A stretch of 64,000 nt of DNA from an uncultured Planctomycetales bacterium (GTDB lineage: Bacteria > Omnitrophota > Gorgyraeia > Gygaellales > Profunditerraquicolaceae): positions 30,159-94,158 of the forward strand of contig CAYXSY010000003.1 of NCBI GenBank assembly GCA_964467905.1, given 5' to 3'. The notes under the pieces were generated by a model. It saw only the letters and a list, made by a program, of their open reading frames with translations. It had not been told where the DNA came from and searched no databases. Shown here piece by piece: positions 38,135 to 48,039 of this stretch. Numbering within the stretch: the first letter of the stretch is position 1; each line of letters opens with the position of its first letter. Made by a program: the position numbers and the translations under genes.

Positions 38135-38328
38135 ACGAAATTATTTAGTTAAGGGCTTATAGTGTTTATTGGAGGATTCGGCCTTATTAGGTCCGGTAGT
38201 GGGTGGGGTCGTCCGTTTGCCGGATTCTAATCTTGCGATTTGCTTATTTTTTATAAAGCATATCGCAGGCGATAAAGCGGTTAAATAGTAATTAGCCGCA
38301 GTATATAATTTTTGGAGGGAAGGGAGAA

Positions 38329-39219
38329 GTGTTGCCAAAATATATTAAGTATTTATTTTTGTTTTTTTTATGTTTTTATTCATCTTTAACTACAGCCTAT
38401 GCTGCACATTTTAGCCTGGACCAAGCCAAGGTAAGGCTAGTTATCCCGCCCGGAGGCTCCCAAACAGGTACGATAAGAATTGATAATATCTCGGGAGATA
38501 ACCTCGATATCCGTGTTTATTGGGAAGATTGGGCTTATGCGCAAGGCAATAACGGCTCAAAAGATTTCCTGGCTTCTAACAGCACTAGTTATAGTGCGGC
38601 AAAATTTGTTACTTTCTCTCCGGCAGAATTCGTTATACCTCCGTTTGGAAGACAAATTGTAAATTATGTAGTTAGGCTTCCCGATGATGCACAAGGCGGC
38701 TATTACGGCGTGTTATTTTTTGAAAGCACGCTCGGTAAATATATTTCTTCTACGGGCTCAGACACTACGGAAAGACAGGCAGGCATAGATGTGGCTTTAA
38801 GAATGGCTTCGCTCTTCTATATAGAGACTAAAGGTAAAAATGAACGTAAGGCCGAAATAAATAATCTTACAATTTCAGGTAATAAAGAAGGCGCACCGCT
38901 TTTAATACAGGCAGACTTTTTAAATTCAGGAGACGTTGATCTAACCTCCGGAGGTTCATTTAATATTATGGACAATAAGGGCATGGTTTATGCCAGGGGC
39001 AAATTCAACGATATCTATACTTTGCCTAAAGATAAAGCTAAGTTGAATGCGGAATGGAAAGACGGGATTCCTCAAGGAACATATTCTCTTGTTGCTACTT
39101 TCGATATCGGGAAAGCTCAAGAGGAAGCCGGACTAAATAGGGGGCCGGTAATTGTTAAGGAGGCGAAGATACAAATAGGACCGGCAGGCGAAGTCATTTC
39201 AGTGCGTCCACTGGATTAA
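38329..39219 (+). CDS. PapD-like periplasmic pilus chaperone (tentative)
   Basis: 296 aa. Signal peptide with GTG start and RBS. RLVIPPGGSQTGTIRIDNISGDNLDIRVYWEDW matches the chaperone N-domain pattern (R.v...........N.......W). C-terminal Ig-like domain. Confidence 0.4.
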   Translation: MLPKYIKYLFLFFLCFYSSLTTAYAAHFSLDQAKVRLVIPPGGSQTGTIRIDNISGDNLDIRVYWEDWAYAQGNNGSKDFLASNSTSYSAAKFVTFSPAEFVIPPFGRQIVNYVVRLPDDAQGGYYGVLFFESTLGKYISSTGSDTTERQAGIDVALRMASLFYIETKGKNERKAEINNLTISGNKEGAPLLIQADFLNSGDVDLTSGGSFNIMDNKGMVYARGKFNDIYTLPKDKAKLNAEWKDGIPQGTYSLVATFDIGKAQEEAGLNRGPVIVKEAKIQIGPAGEVISVRPLD

Positions 39220-39220
39220 A

Positions 39221-42001
39221 ATGAAAAAAATCCTGTGCGTTTTTATATCCATTTTTATAGTCCTAAATTTCAAACCGCTATTTGCTTCCAGTCAAATACC
39301 GGCTTATTTATGCGAGCTTGGTATAAAATTCTACCAGGAAGGCAGATACACCGATGCCTTGACTGAATTCAAAAAAGCCCTGGTTGTAAAACCGGGGTAT
39401 GAGCCGGCCCTAAGGTATATTCAGATGATTGAAGGCTCTGGTCCAGAATCTTACGATTCCTCGTTAATCCCACCTGAGTACAAGCCGGAATCTTCTAATT
39501 CTTCAGAGGCAGCTGCAGAAATCATGGATTTAATCAAGCTCCAGAAAGAAATGATTGGACAGAGAAAAAATCTTTCTGAGAGTAGCGCTATCAGCCCTCT
39601 TTCTGCGTCCGGACAGGCTCACTTTGAACAACCTGCTATATTAAATTTAGACGCTTCATTTAAAAATATCAACCAGCCGATACAGATAGAACAAGGCAAA
39701 ACCATACTTATATTCGGCAATAACATACAAAGATACCTGGCAACCAACCCGGATGTACTTGATATAAACAGGAAAGGTCCGGATAACTTAGAAGTAACCG
39801 GTAGAGAAGTGGGGTACTCTTATTTGCATATATGGGATAATGACGGCAGGTGGACTGCGGAATTCTTGAATGTTTATCCGCAGCCGGATATCGAGTCTTA
39901 CGATGAGCTTATGCGCAAGGAAAAAGAAAAAGCACGCAATTTCAAATTTCTCTACACTATGGACTGGTCTTCTTTTTACCTAGGCAGAAGGATATATGAT
40001 ATAGAAAGAACTAATTACAGCTGGACGCGCAATCTCATATTAACCGGACAGACGCCTTATGGTAATTTTGACGCTAAAACAGTTATACGTACAGTAGATA
40101 GCACCACAGACCTTACGTATTTTACTATGGGTTTAAGCGATGGCGTATTCGCACAATTCAAAGGATTTGATTTAAGAGGTTTTGATTATTCTCCGAATTT
40201 TGCTAATCTTATTTTACCCGGAGCTACCTTAAGAGGTTTTATGATGTCTTCTCCGGCATTTAATAATAAACTCGATTATACCGTATTCTGGGGGCAGGAA
40301 GGAGGCGGTAGATACGGCAACCTCTCGCCATCGTTAGAAGAATCCAAAGACTCATATTTAAACGGTATCAACTTAAGTTTTAGTCCTACCACAAAACAAA
40401 ACTACAAATTTACTTTCTCGCAGGGCTACGGTGACGATAGGGACAATTATCTTAATAGTCATGGCTACGATGCTTCCGGTAATTGGCACGTGGGAGATTT
40501 TGATTTTAATTATGAGGTGGCAAATGACTCCCAGACCTTCGCCCATGTTTTTAGGACTAATTACGCTATGCCTAAATTAAATCTGGAATTTGAATTTCGT
40601 GACATTAATGAAGAATTCATGAATATGACCGGTTATGGTTGGCGCCAGGGTGAATTCGGCTATAACGTAGGTTTTACGTATATGCCTACCGATAAATTAC
40701 GTATATCCAATATTCTTAATGTTTACCGTGACCGTCTCTATCCTGCCGAAGATAAGCCTGACCGCTGGAATGAAGATGATACATTAAGTATCCTTTATCA
40801 GGTTGACCCCCTGACATCAATAAACGCAAATTATACTTTAGAAAATGACCTTGGGAGGTTGTCTCAATATCGTTATCAAAATGCAGCTGCCGGTATATCA
40901 AAGACTTTCCAGATTTTAAGTAAAGATATAGGTACTTATCTTAACTACAATCATCAGGAAAGTAAAAACTATCAAGCCCATTCTCTGGATTATGTTGATG
41001 ATAGGTTAATAGCCGGGCTGCGCTTCAGCCTGATCGGCGATTTGTATTACTATGTGAGTAAAGAAATAAATTATTTGGATGCCAAAGAAACTGGAATCAT
41101 AACACACCCCAACGCCCTTGAAACAGGCGTTGACTGGTCAGGACAATTCGGTCAAACCCCTTTATACGGATCTTTTAGGTTTACATACAGGGACGAAGAA
41201 GATACCATTTCTCCTTTAAGTTTTTTATCAGGCGAGGATTATATTGAAGGATACACCGAATTATCATATAAGCCTACTGATGATGCGGAGGTTTATGCAT
41301 CATGCAGAGGGCGCAATGTGTGGGCGGATAACCCCAACGTTACGAAGCGTTTTGAAATGGATTTCAGGGCGGGATTGCGCTATCTCTGGGATACAGGTTT
41401 TCACTGGGATGCAATAGGCAATGTCGAGGGGTATGTCTTCAGGGATATTAACGGCGATGGCTTAAGACAGCGCGATGATCCTCCTATGCAAGGGGTTAAG
41501 TTATGGTTGGGCAAAGATAAATCTACGGTAACAGATGAATTCGGTTACTTCAAATTTGTCGGTATCAAAGCCGCAAAGGCTTATGTTACACTAGAAGCTT
41601 CTTCGTTACCGGCAGGTTTTGTTTTAACTGTTCCTGCCAGCCAGGAAGCTGTAATTATCCACCATCGGACATGTAGGGTAAATTTCGGTGTTATTTCGCG
41701 CTCAGAAATTACAGGTTATGTCTTTGATGATTCAAACGGAAATTCAATATTTAATCCGAATGAAAAAGGAATTAAGGGGGTTGTCGTATCTCTAGAAAAC
41801 GGCAAGAAGGCAATCACTGATGGTTCCGGTAAATATATCTTCCCCAACGTATCCACAGGAAAACACACGATATCAGTGGATATCAATACCATTCCGATAG
41901 ATTACCTACCTAAGACGGCAGTGCAGAAAGAAATCGATTTGTTTGAAGGAATAACTTATATTTACAATGTCCCCCTCAAAAAAATAGAGGACCAGCAATA
42001 A
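39221..42001 (+). CDS. outer-membrane usher-like assembly protein with N-terminal TPR, CpaC/RcpA-type pilus-N domain, large beta-barrel region and C-terminal CarboxypepD_reg/Cna-B-like repeats
   Basis: 926 aa. Signal peptide. TPR (YLCELGIKFYQEGRYTDALTEFKKAL). Segment QIEQGKTILIFGNNIQRYLATNPDVLDINRKGPDNLEVTGREVGYSYLHIWDNDG matches the T2SS/T3SS pilus-formation N-region pattern. About 500 aa of Y/G/N/D-rich alternating beta-strands. Two GYVF(R/D)D.NG(D/N) repeats at the C-terminus. Confidence 0.4.
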   Translation: MKKILCVFISIFIVLNFKPLFASSQIPAYLCELGIKFYQEGRYTDALTEFKKALVVKPGYEPALRYIQMIEGSGPESYDSSLIPPEYKPESSNSSEAAAEIMDLIKLQKEMIGQRKNLSESSAISPLSASGQAHFEQPAILNLDASFKNINQPIQIEQGKTILIFGNNIQRYLATNPDVLDINRKGPDNLEVTGREVGYSYLHIWDNDGRWTAEFLNVYPQPDIESYDELMRKEKEKARNFKFLYTMDWSSFYLGRRIYDIERTNYSWTRNLILTGQTPYGNFDAKTVIRTVDSTTDLTYFTMGLSDGVFAQFKGFDLRGFDYSPNFANLILPGATLRGFMMSSPAFNNKLDYTVFWGQEGGGRYGNLSPSLEESKDSYLNGINLSFSPTTKQNYKFTFSQGYGDDRDNYLNSHGYDASGNWHVGDFDFNYEVANDSQTFAHVFRTNYAMPKLNLEFEFRDINEEFMNMTGYGWRQGEFGYNVGFTYMPTDKLRISNILNVYRDRLYPAEDKPDRWNEDDTLSILYQVDPLTSINANYTLENDLGRLSQYRYQNAAAGISKTFQILSKDIGTYLNYNHQESKNYQAHSLDYVDDRLIAGLRFSLIGDLYYYVSKEINYLDAKETGIITHPNALETGVDWSGQFGQTPLYGSFRFTYRDEEDTISPLSFLSGEDYIEGYTELSYKPTDDAEVYASCRGRNVWADNPNVTKRFEMDFRAGLRYLWDTGFHWDAIGNVEGYVFRDINGDGLRQRDDPPMQGVKLWLGKDKSTVTDEFGYFKFVGIKAAKAYVTLEASSLPAGFVLTVPASQEAVIIHHRTCRVNFGVISRSEITGYVFDDSNGNSIFNPNEKGIKGVVVSLENGKKAITDGSGKYIFPNVSTGKHTISVDINTIPIDYLPKTAVQKEIDLFEGITYIYNVPLKKIEDQQ

Positions 42002-42005
42002 AGAG

Positions 42006-42332
42006 CTAACGGTTGTATACGGTCTGTAACATTACGCCCTTTTGCGTATCGTTCTTTACTAAACGGTCTTCTTGAATTTGAACATTCTGGTTACCGCCGG
42101 TTTTTATATCTTCTTTTCCTTCATGCTTAATTTTAGCTTCCGGTTTGATGGCTGAGGTTTTGTCATTTAGCGGAACATTAAGTCCTGGGATAGCAGGTAT
42201 AGTACAAGAGACCGGAATACTTATCCTCTGTTCGGCAAAAGCCTCGCCGGCTAAACAGCATGCCAAAATCACGCCCAATATCAGCCTTATTGTCATTTTC
42301 ATGGCACACCTCCTTAAAAAAGTATGAACCAT
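42006..42332 (-). CDS. small secreted hypothetical protein
   Basis: 108 aa. Signal peptide MKMTIRLILGVILACCLAGEAFA. Confidence 0.35.
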   Translation of the reverse strand: MVHTFLRRCAMKMTIRLILGVILACCLAGEAFAEQRISIPVSCTIPAIPGLNVPLNDKTSAIKPEAKIKHEGKEDIKTGGNQNVQIQEDRLVKNDTQKGVMLQTVYNR

Positions 42333-42349
42333 CCCGTGGCAGGTGGGGA

Positions 42350-42598
42350 TTATCTTCTCAAGCTTATCATTAATTCCCTTAATCTATTCTCAAAATCATC
42401 TTCGGATTTTAGCCCTTCGCCGTTTAAATGGAGATGCTCCGCAAAATCAACAAGCCAAGATATAAGTTTAGCCCTGGAAATCTTAGCTCCCGTAGAAAAT
42501 AGAGCATCCTTACCCAGTTTGTCCAGAAAATCAACTTCTTCACGGTTAAGAAAAGTAACGACCCGTTCTTTTTGCTCCATTATGTTTTTCATGTCCAT
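42350..42598 (-). CDS. small hypothetical protein (possible ribbon-helix-helix-like regulator)
   Basis: Start moved to the internal Met (MDMKNIMEQKERVVTFLNREEVDFLDKLG) because the first 11 annotated codons overlap a terminator hairpin. Confidence 0.3.
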   Translation of the reverse strand: MDMKNIMEQKERVVTFLNREEVDFLDKLGKDALFSTGAKISRAKLISWLVDFAEHLHLNGEGLKSEDDFENRLRELMISLRR

Positions 42599-42950
42599 CA
42601 CCTTTCTTCCAATAAAAAAGCCCCAGAGCATATCTGCTTGGGGCGCAAGGTTTCTGCGTATCCTTTTTGCGTAAGATGCGTGTATTCTAAAGGATAAGCG
42701 TTATTAAACAAAAAACCCTAAAGGCATCTTTAGGGTTTTAACCTATGGCAACCCCTCTATCCTTAGTAAGGACAGGTAGCTTTGCGTCCTAGCATTACTG
42801 CTAGTTTGCCTTTTTCAATAAGTACTTTAAATTGTCAAGAAACTGTATCTTACCGTCAATTAGAGTATAGCATACAATTTAGCAATTTTCAAGGGTGGCA
42901 TTTTGTTCTTTTGTAAATTTACACTCTTCTGATGCCCAGGAGGGGATATA

Positions 42951-45900
42951 TTAATACAAGTATATTTCTATTTCCTTAATCTGGCAGGACCTTATCTGTT
43001 CGCAGTAAGGAGATGGTATTATGTCGGAGCGCAGAATGATGTCTTTTCCGTCTTTATCCTTAAAACATATTTTATTAATCTTTACGGCGGACTTGCCGAA
43101 CGTATCTTTGCGCTTAGGGTTATGATAAGTTACCGTAATATGCTTCAAGAATTTAAACCGGTACAAGCCTTTTTTATCAAAAAACCAGGAAGCCAGAATG
43201 GGGGTGAATTTTAAATTAAGCTGTTTTTTAGCATCAAGGGAGAATGGTTTCGCTCCGATATTCATAATCAACCAGATATTAATGAATTCTATTGTGGACC
43301 CGGAAAGACGGGCTACGTATCCGTTACCGTGGAGTCTTTCGTCAGGGAAAGCGCTTGATACCAGAAAGCTTGAGTTTTCTATAATGCTGCGGCCGTATTT
43401 TTTGGGGTTAAGAAACGGTATAAAGATATTCTTGAAGTCTGCATAGAATTCTTCATATAACCCATTCTTTATGAGCTCGAGCATATATTTATATTCCATA
43501 TGCAGCCATATCGATTCGTTTTCAAGCCATCCCGGAGTAAAAGCAGTGCATCTGCCGATTTCCTGGGGCATATTCTTTAAAGAAGCAGTAACTTTATACA
43601 TACGTAGTTTCTTATCAAAGAGTCCGCTGCTTTTTGTAGCCTGATATATCGATTTTGCCATTTTTAAATCTTTTGCCAACCTTAAGGCATGCACCTGGCC
43701 TTCTAAGAATAGAGGGAGCTTTTGTTGAGAGAAAGAAACAGGAAAGACATGTTCGCTGCCAATTTTTTTATGTTCGTTAACCTGGTTTATAAAATAAGCA
43801 GTGTAGAGACTTTTATTCTTATCTTTGGCTTTAAGTATCGCTGCGTCTATTCTTTTGATTGAGTCTGCAATTATAGTTGATAATTCCGTCAAGCTAACTT
43901 CCAGGCCCTCTCCGCTGAAGCCAAGTTTTGTTTTTAAACGGTATTCTTCTTTTAAGGTAGTAGCCTTATCCCAATACCAATATTCTTTCTCTGCTGAATT
44001 ATCCTGCAGATACTCCTTAACTAACCGATGAAGAGAGAAGAGGAGCTCACCAATTTCACGCGTAACATCTATTTTGTTTCTGTCAGTCATACCGATACAA
44101 TCTTTTATAAATATAGCTAATCTTTTAAGCTCAATGGTTTCGCAAGAAGATGAGCCAAACATTGCAGGTAAGCCGTTTAAAGCATCGTACCAGTTTGGTT
44201 TATCTGATTCCATCTCTATACCGCATCCGCAAGGATCGATAGACGAGAGTTTATTTACAAAAATACAGAGCAGTTTATCCATAAGGGTTGTCTGATAAAT
44301 GCTGCCCTTACCGTACTGTGCTCTTAAAACATGGGGCAATTCCTGTCTTTTATGGATAAGTTCTTTCTTTTCTGCATCCTGGGCAACTGAGTGTAGTTGT
44401 TGAATACGCCCGTTTCTGATTACATATTTCACAGCGCGCGGCCGTACTACTTCCGTATTGTCAAAAAACGTGAATACCGGTTTGTCAAACACAAGTTTTT
44501 CTAACTTTTCAGGATAAAGAGCGCGATAGTTTTCTAAGAGATCAAGATTATAATGCCAGTGGTCTATCCAGAAACCTTCGCCGTGTTCGGCTTCCTGTAT
44601 TTTAGCCGAATGCGACAGAAGTATATTGATAAAATCACTATGAGATGATCTGGGTGTTATTTTTGACTCCTGCAGAAATAACGCTATTTCACCGGGAGTA
44701 AAAATGCGCCCACCGATATGCGATATTATGCTCTCCAGGTCTTTTTGGCTAAGAATCACCGATAAGCTTCTCTTAAGCTCATCTGTGGCTACTATTTTAT
44801 ATGATACGCCCTTAACTACTAACGGATTGAATCCGTCTGCCTGAATTAAATTCATAAAACTAATAATATTTTCATCGCCAATTTCCGGATTAAACCATAT
44901 GTCGCAGCGTCTATTTTGGTTGACATCGCGGTAATTGCCGTTTCCTTGAGAGAAATACGTCGGCTGTATCTGGAATTTATTGTAATCTCTTTCCAGATCT
45001 CCGTGCTTGCGGGAGTATAGATAGAATACCGAATTAGAGGTTTTTGTCTTAAAAATAACAGGGTACCCGCCGCGCAAAATATTATCTAAATAAGTTTGTT
45101 TAATGTATAGGTTAAGATTCGGAGCGTTACTGTATGTCTCTACGTCCGAGAGAAGAGAAGAGATAATCTGGCGGTTTTCATTCTTCTTGCGGCTAAGGTA
45201 CTGCGCATCTGCTATTCTTGGTATTGACAAATTAAGCGCATCCTGGCTGCGCATATATCCTATTATCGCATAGAAATTCTTGGTTTCTTTTGGCTTGAGG
45301 CCAGCGTTTAAATATAGAAAACCGCAAGGTGTCTTGCTGCAAATAGTCTCATTCTTTGGAGGCGTAAAATTGTCGCATGATAAAAAGTTAATAGGATAAG
45401 AAAAATCGGTATTCTGGCCAAAGACATTCTCAGGATCAATTAAAGGCTTAATAATCTTAAGCCTGCTGTTTTCATAATGGAACCCTAAATAAAAATTGCC
45501 TTCTTTGATATGCAACACTTCCGGCCTATCCGTAGGATCAACCCCGAGCTTATAAAAAGGGACTCCTTTGTCAAGATTGTCAACCTTCATCCAGGCCTCT
45601 ATGGTACGGCTGAGTTTCTTTAAAAACAGGTTTGCGGTGCCAAAAGGCACTATTTGAGGCAGGCCATCTAAGATTTCAATATCTATCTTTTTGGCCCCGG
45701 TATTTTCTATGGAAACTATTCTTGCTAATCCCGCATAACTATCTTGCGGAATGGTAAAATACTCGACTTTTATTTTTAATTTTAAAGTTTTATTTTCTTC
45801 TTCGATTTTTAGAGAAACCGCATCGGAAGACATGCTATTGGTAATATCAAAAGGGCTATTGGCAAAATCATTATGAAAAGGTTCATAAACAGCTGTGCGT

Positions 45901-46181
45901 CCGTTCTTGATTTTAATAAAGGTACGAAAACCCCTGCGAGAAGCAAGCTGCCAGGCTTTATTTGCGGGAAAAAACTCCAATATCGAGTGGTCTTTATCTT
46001 TTGTCCCGAAACTGACTATGCCTTGTGCCCTGTTGACATAAAAAGCCCATAAAGGAATACCATATTCTCCTGAAATCCCGGGGAAGAAATTGGCTAATGG
46101 TTTGGCAAAATTATAGTTTTGGATTATAAATTCGCCACCAGAGGTAAGTCTATATGAAGGTTTTTTAATTTTTTTATTCAT
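42951..46181 (-). CDS. large glycoside hydrolase/phosphorylase-like protein ((alpha/alpha)6-barrel, GH94/GH65-like superfamily; tentative)
   Basis: 1076 aa. N-terminal FPGISGEYGIPLWAFYVNRAQG pattern resembles phosphorylase-type beta-sandwich N-domains. No signal peptide. The only long minus-strand gene in the window. Confidence 0.3.
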   Translation of the reverse strand: MNKKIKKPSYRLTSGGEFIIQNYNFAKPLANFFPGISGEYGIPLWAFYVNRAQGIVSFGTKDKDHSILEFFPANKAWQLASRRGFRTFIKIKNGRTAVYEPFHNDFANSPFDITNSMSSDAVSLKIEEENKTLKLKIKVEYFTIPQDSYAGLARIVSIENTGAKKIDIEILDGLPQIVPFGTANLFLKKLSRTIEAWMKVDNLDKGVPFYKLGVDPTDRPEVLHIKEGNFYLGFHYENSRLKIIKPLIDPENVFGQNTDFSYPINFLSCDNFTPPKNETICSKTPCGFLYLNAGLKPKETKNFYAIIGYMRSQDALNLSIPRIADAQYLSRKKNENRQIISSLLSDVETYSNAPNLNLYIKQTYLDNILRGGYPVIFKTKTSNSVFYLYSRKHGDLERDYNKFQIQPTYFSQGNGNYRDVNQNRRCDIWFNPEIGDENIISFMNLIQADGFNPLVVKGVSYKIVATDELKRSLSVILSQKDLESIISHIGGRIFTPGEIALFLQESKITPRSSHSDFINILLSHSAKIQEAEHGEGFWIDHWHYNLDLLENYRALYPEKLEKLVFDKPVFTFFDNTEVVRPRAVKYVIRNGRIQQLHSVAQDAEKKELIHKRQELPHVLRAQYGKGSIYQTTLMDKLLCIFVNKLSSIDPCGCGIEMESDKPNWYDALNGLPAMFGSSSCETIELKRLAIFIKDCIGMTDRNKIDVTREIGELLFSLHRLVKEYLQDNSAEKEYWYWDKATTLKEEYRLKTKLGFSGEGLEVSLTELSTIIADSIKRIDAAILKAKDKNKSLYTAYFINQVNEHKKIGSEHVFPVSFSQQKLPLFLEGQVHALRLAKDLKMAKSIYQATKSSGLFDKKLRMYKVTASLKNMPQEIGRCTAFTPGWLENESIWLHMEYKYMLELIKNGLYEEFYADFKNIFIPFLNPKKYGRSIIENSSFLVSSAFPDERLHGNGYVARLSGSTIEFINIWLIMNIGAKPFSLDAKKQLNLKFTPILASWFFDKKGLYRFKFLKHITVTYHNPKRKDTFGKSAVKINKICFKDKDGKDIILRSDIIPSPYCEQIRSCQIKEIEIYLY

Positions 46182-46303
46182 TGCTTAACGATTTTTTAAT
46201 ATTTTACCTATTTTTTAGGGTTTGTCCACAAAAATATTATGTATTTGACTTTTAACTCAAAGAATGATAATATTAAACATTCAAAATAATAGACGGAGAG
46301 CCC

Positions 46304-46591
46304 ATGGAGATAAAAAAAGAGACAGTCCAGCATGTCGCCCATTTAGCTCGTATTGACTTGGAAGACAACGAGTTAGAGAAAATGTCGCATCAGCTAAAAG
46401 ATATATTGGATTTTATCGATAAGCTTAAAACTTTAAACGTAGCAAATACCTATCCGACAAGCCATATTTTGCCGATCAATACTGTTTTAAGAGAAGATAA
46501 ATCCGTAGAATCCCTGTCAATAGATAAAACTTTGTGTAATGCTCCGCAGAAAAAGGGGAATTTTTTTGCGGTGCCTAAAGTAATAGAATAG
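46304..46591 (+). CDS. gatC: Glu/Asp-tRNA amidotransferase subunit C
   Basis: 95 aa. Motifs VAHLARIDL and VANTYPTSH. Precedes gatA and gatB. Confidence 0.8.
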   Translation: MEIKKETVQHVAHLARIDLEDNELEKMSHQLKDILDFIDKLKTLNVANTYPTSHILPINTVLREDKSVESLSIDKTLCNAPQKKGNFFAVPKVIE

Positions 46592-46619
46592 GACTCCCCC
46601 TAAAAAGCAGAAACAAACA

Positions 46620-48038
46620 ATGGCAGAATTATATAATTTGACTGCTCACGAGCTCGCAGACAAAATCAAAAGCGGCGAATTAACCTCGCAGAAAATCAGT
46701 GAATCCCTCAAAAAAAGAATCGAAAGCCTGGATTCCCGAGTCAAATCTTATGTCCGGAAAGAAAGCTCGAGCTTTTCGGCCGCAAACGGCTTATTTCCTG
46801 CGGTTTCACTTAAAGATAATATCTGTACGGAAGGCTTAAATACTGAATGCTGTTCCAATATCCTCAAAGGCTTCAAGCCTCCTTATGACGCTACGGTCGT
46901 TAGTAAGCTTAAGGCTGCCGGCGTTCCGATATTTAATATAAAAACCAATATGGATGAATTTGCTTTCGGTTCATCCACAGAGAATTCATGCTTCGGCGCG
47001 ACTTCTAACCCGTGGGACTTAAGCAGAGTCCCCGGTGGCTCATCGGGAGGTTCGGCTGCAGCTGTAGCATCAGATCAGGCAATATGGGCTTTGGGCTCTG
47101 ACACCGGAGGTTCAATAAGGCAACCTGCTGCGTTCTGCGGAGTAGTAGGATTAAAACCTACTTATGGAAGAGTGTCCCGTTATGGACTGATTGCGTTTGC
47201 TTCAAGCCTAGATCAAATAGGGCCGTTAACAAAAGACGTAACCGACAGCGCTATTCTCCTAAATATTATTTCCGGATACGATAAATACGATTCTACTTCT
47301 GCAGATTTACCCGTACCCGATTACACTAAATCCTTGATAAATGATATAAGGGGATTAAAAATCGGTATACCCAAAGAATATTTTATTGAGGGCCTTGATA
47401 CGGAAGTCAAGAATGTCATTGATGCTGCTATAAAAAAACTGGAGACCCTTGGAGCAAAAATAAAAGAAATCTCGCTGCCGCATACGCAGTATGCGGTTCC
47501 GGTATACTACATTATAGCTACTGCTGAAGCCAGCTCTAATTTGGCCAGGTTTGACGGAGTGCAATACGGCCTTAGGGATAAGAGCAATAATTTAATTCAA
47601 ATGTACAAGAAAACCAGGGGGGAAGGCTTCGGTGAAGAAGCAAAACGCCGTATTATATTAGGAACATTTGCTCTCTCTCACGGCTATTACGACGCGTACT
47701 ATTTAAGGGCACTAAAAGTACGCACGCTAATAAAAAATGATTTCGATAATGTTTTTAAAGAATTCGACTGTATAGTAACTCCTACGGCTCCGACTATGGC
47801 ATTTAAGATAAAGGAAAAAATAGATGATCCTCTAAAGATGTATCTTTCGGATATTTTTACTATTTCTGTAAATCTTGCCGGGATACCGGCGATATCTGTC
47901 CCATGCGGCTTCGGCAAAAATGGGCTTCCGATAGGGCTGCAGATTCTCGCAAAACCATTCAATGAAGAAGTTATATTCAAAACAGCTTATACTTACGAAC
48001 AGAATACTGAATGGCACAAAACTAAACCAAACTTGTAA
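46620..48038 (+). CDS. gatA: Glu/Asp-tRNA amidotransferase subunit A
   Basis: 472 aa. Amidase signature [12 protein letters not shown] and catalytic Ser in [12 protein letters not shown]. Confidence 0.9.
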   Translation: MAELYNLTAHELADKIKSGELTSQKISESLKKRIESLDSRVKSYVRKESSSFSAANGLFPAVSLKDNICTEGLNTECCSNILKGFKPPYDATVVSKLKAAGVPIFNIKTNMDEFAFGSSTENSCFGATSNPWDLSRVPGGSSGGSAAAVASDQAIWALGSDTGGSIRQPAAFCGVVGLKPTYGRVSRYGLIAFASSLDQIGPLTKDVTDSAILLNIISGYDKYDSTSADLPVPDYTKSLINDIRGLKIGIPKEYFIEGLDTEVKNVIDAAIKKLETLGAKIKEISLPHTQYAVPVYYIIATAEASSNLARFDGVQYGLRDKSNNLIQMYKKTRGEGFGEEAKRRIILGTFALSHGYYDAYYLRALKVRTLIKNDFDNVFKEFDCIVTPTAPTMAFKIKEKIDDPLKMYLSDIFTISVNLAGIPAISVPCGFGKNGLPIGLQILAKPFNEEVIFKTAYTYEQNTEWHKTKPNL

Positions 48039-48039
48039 T

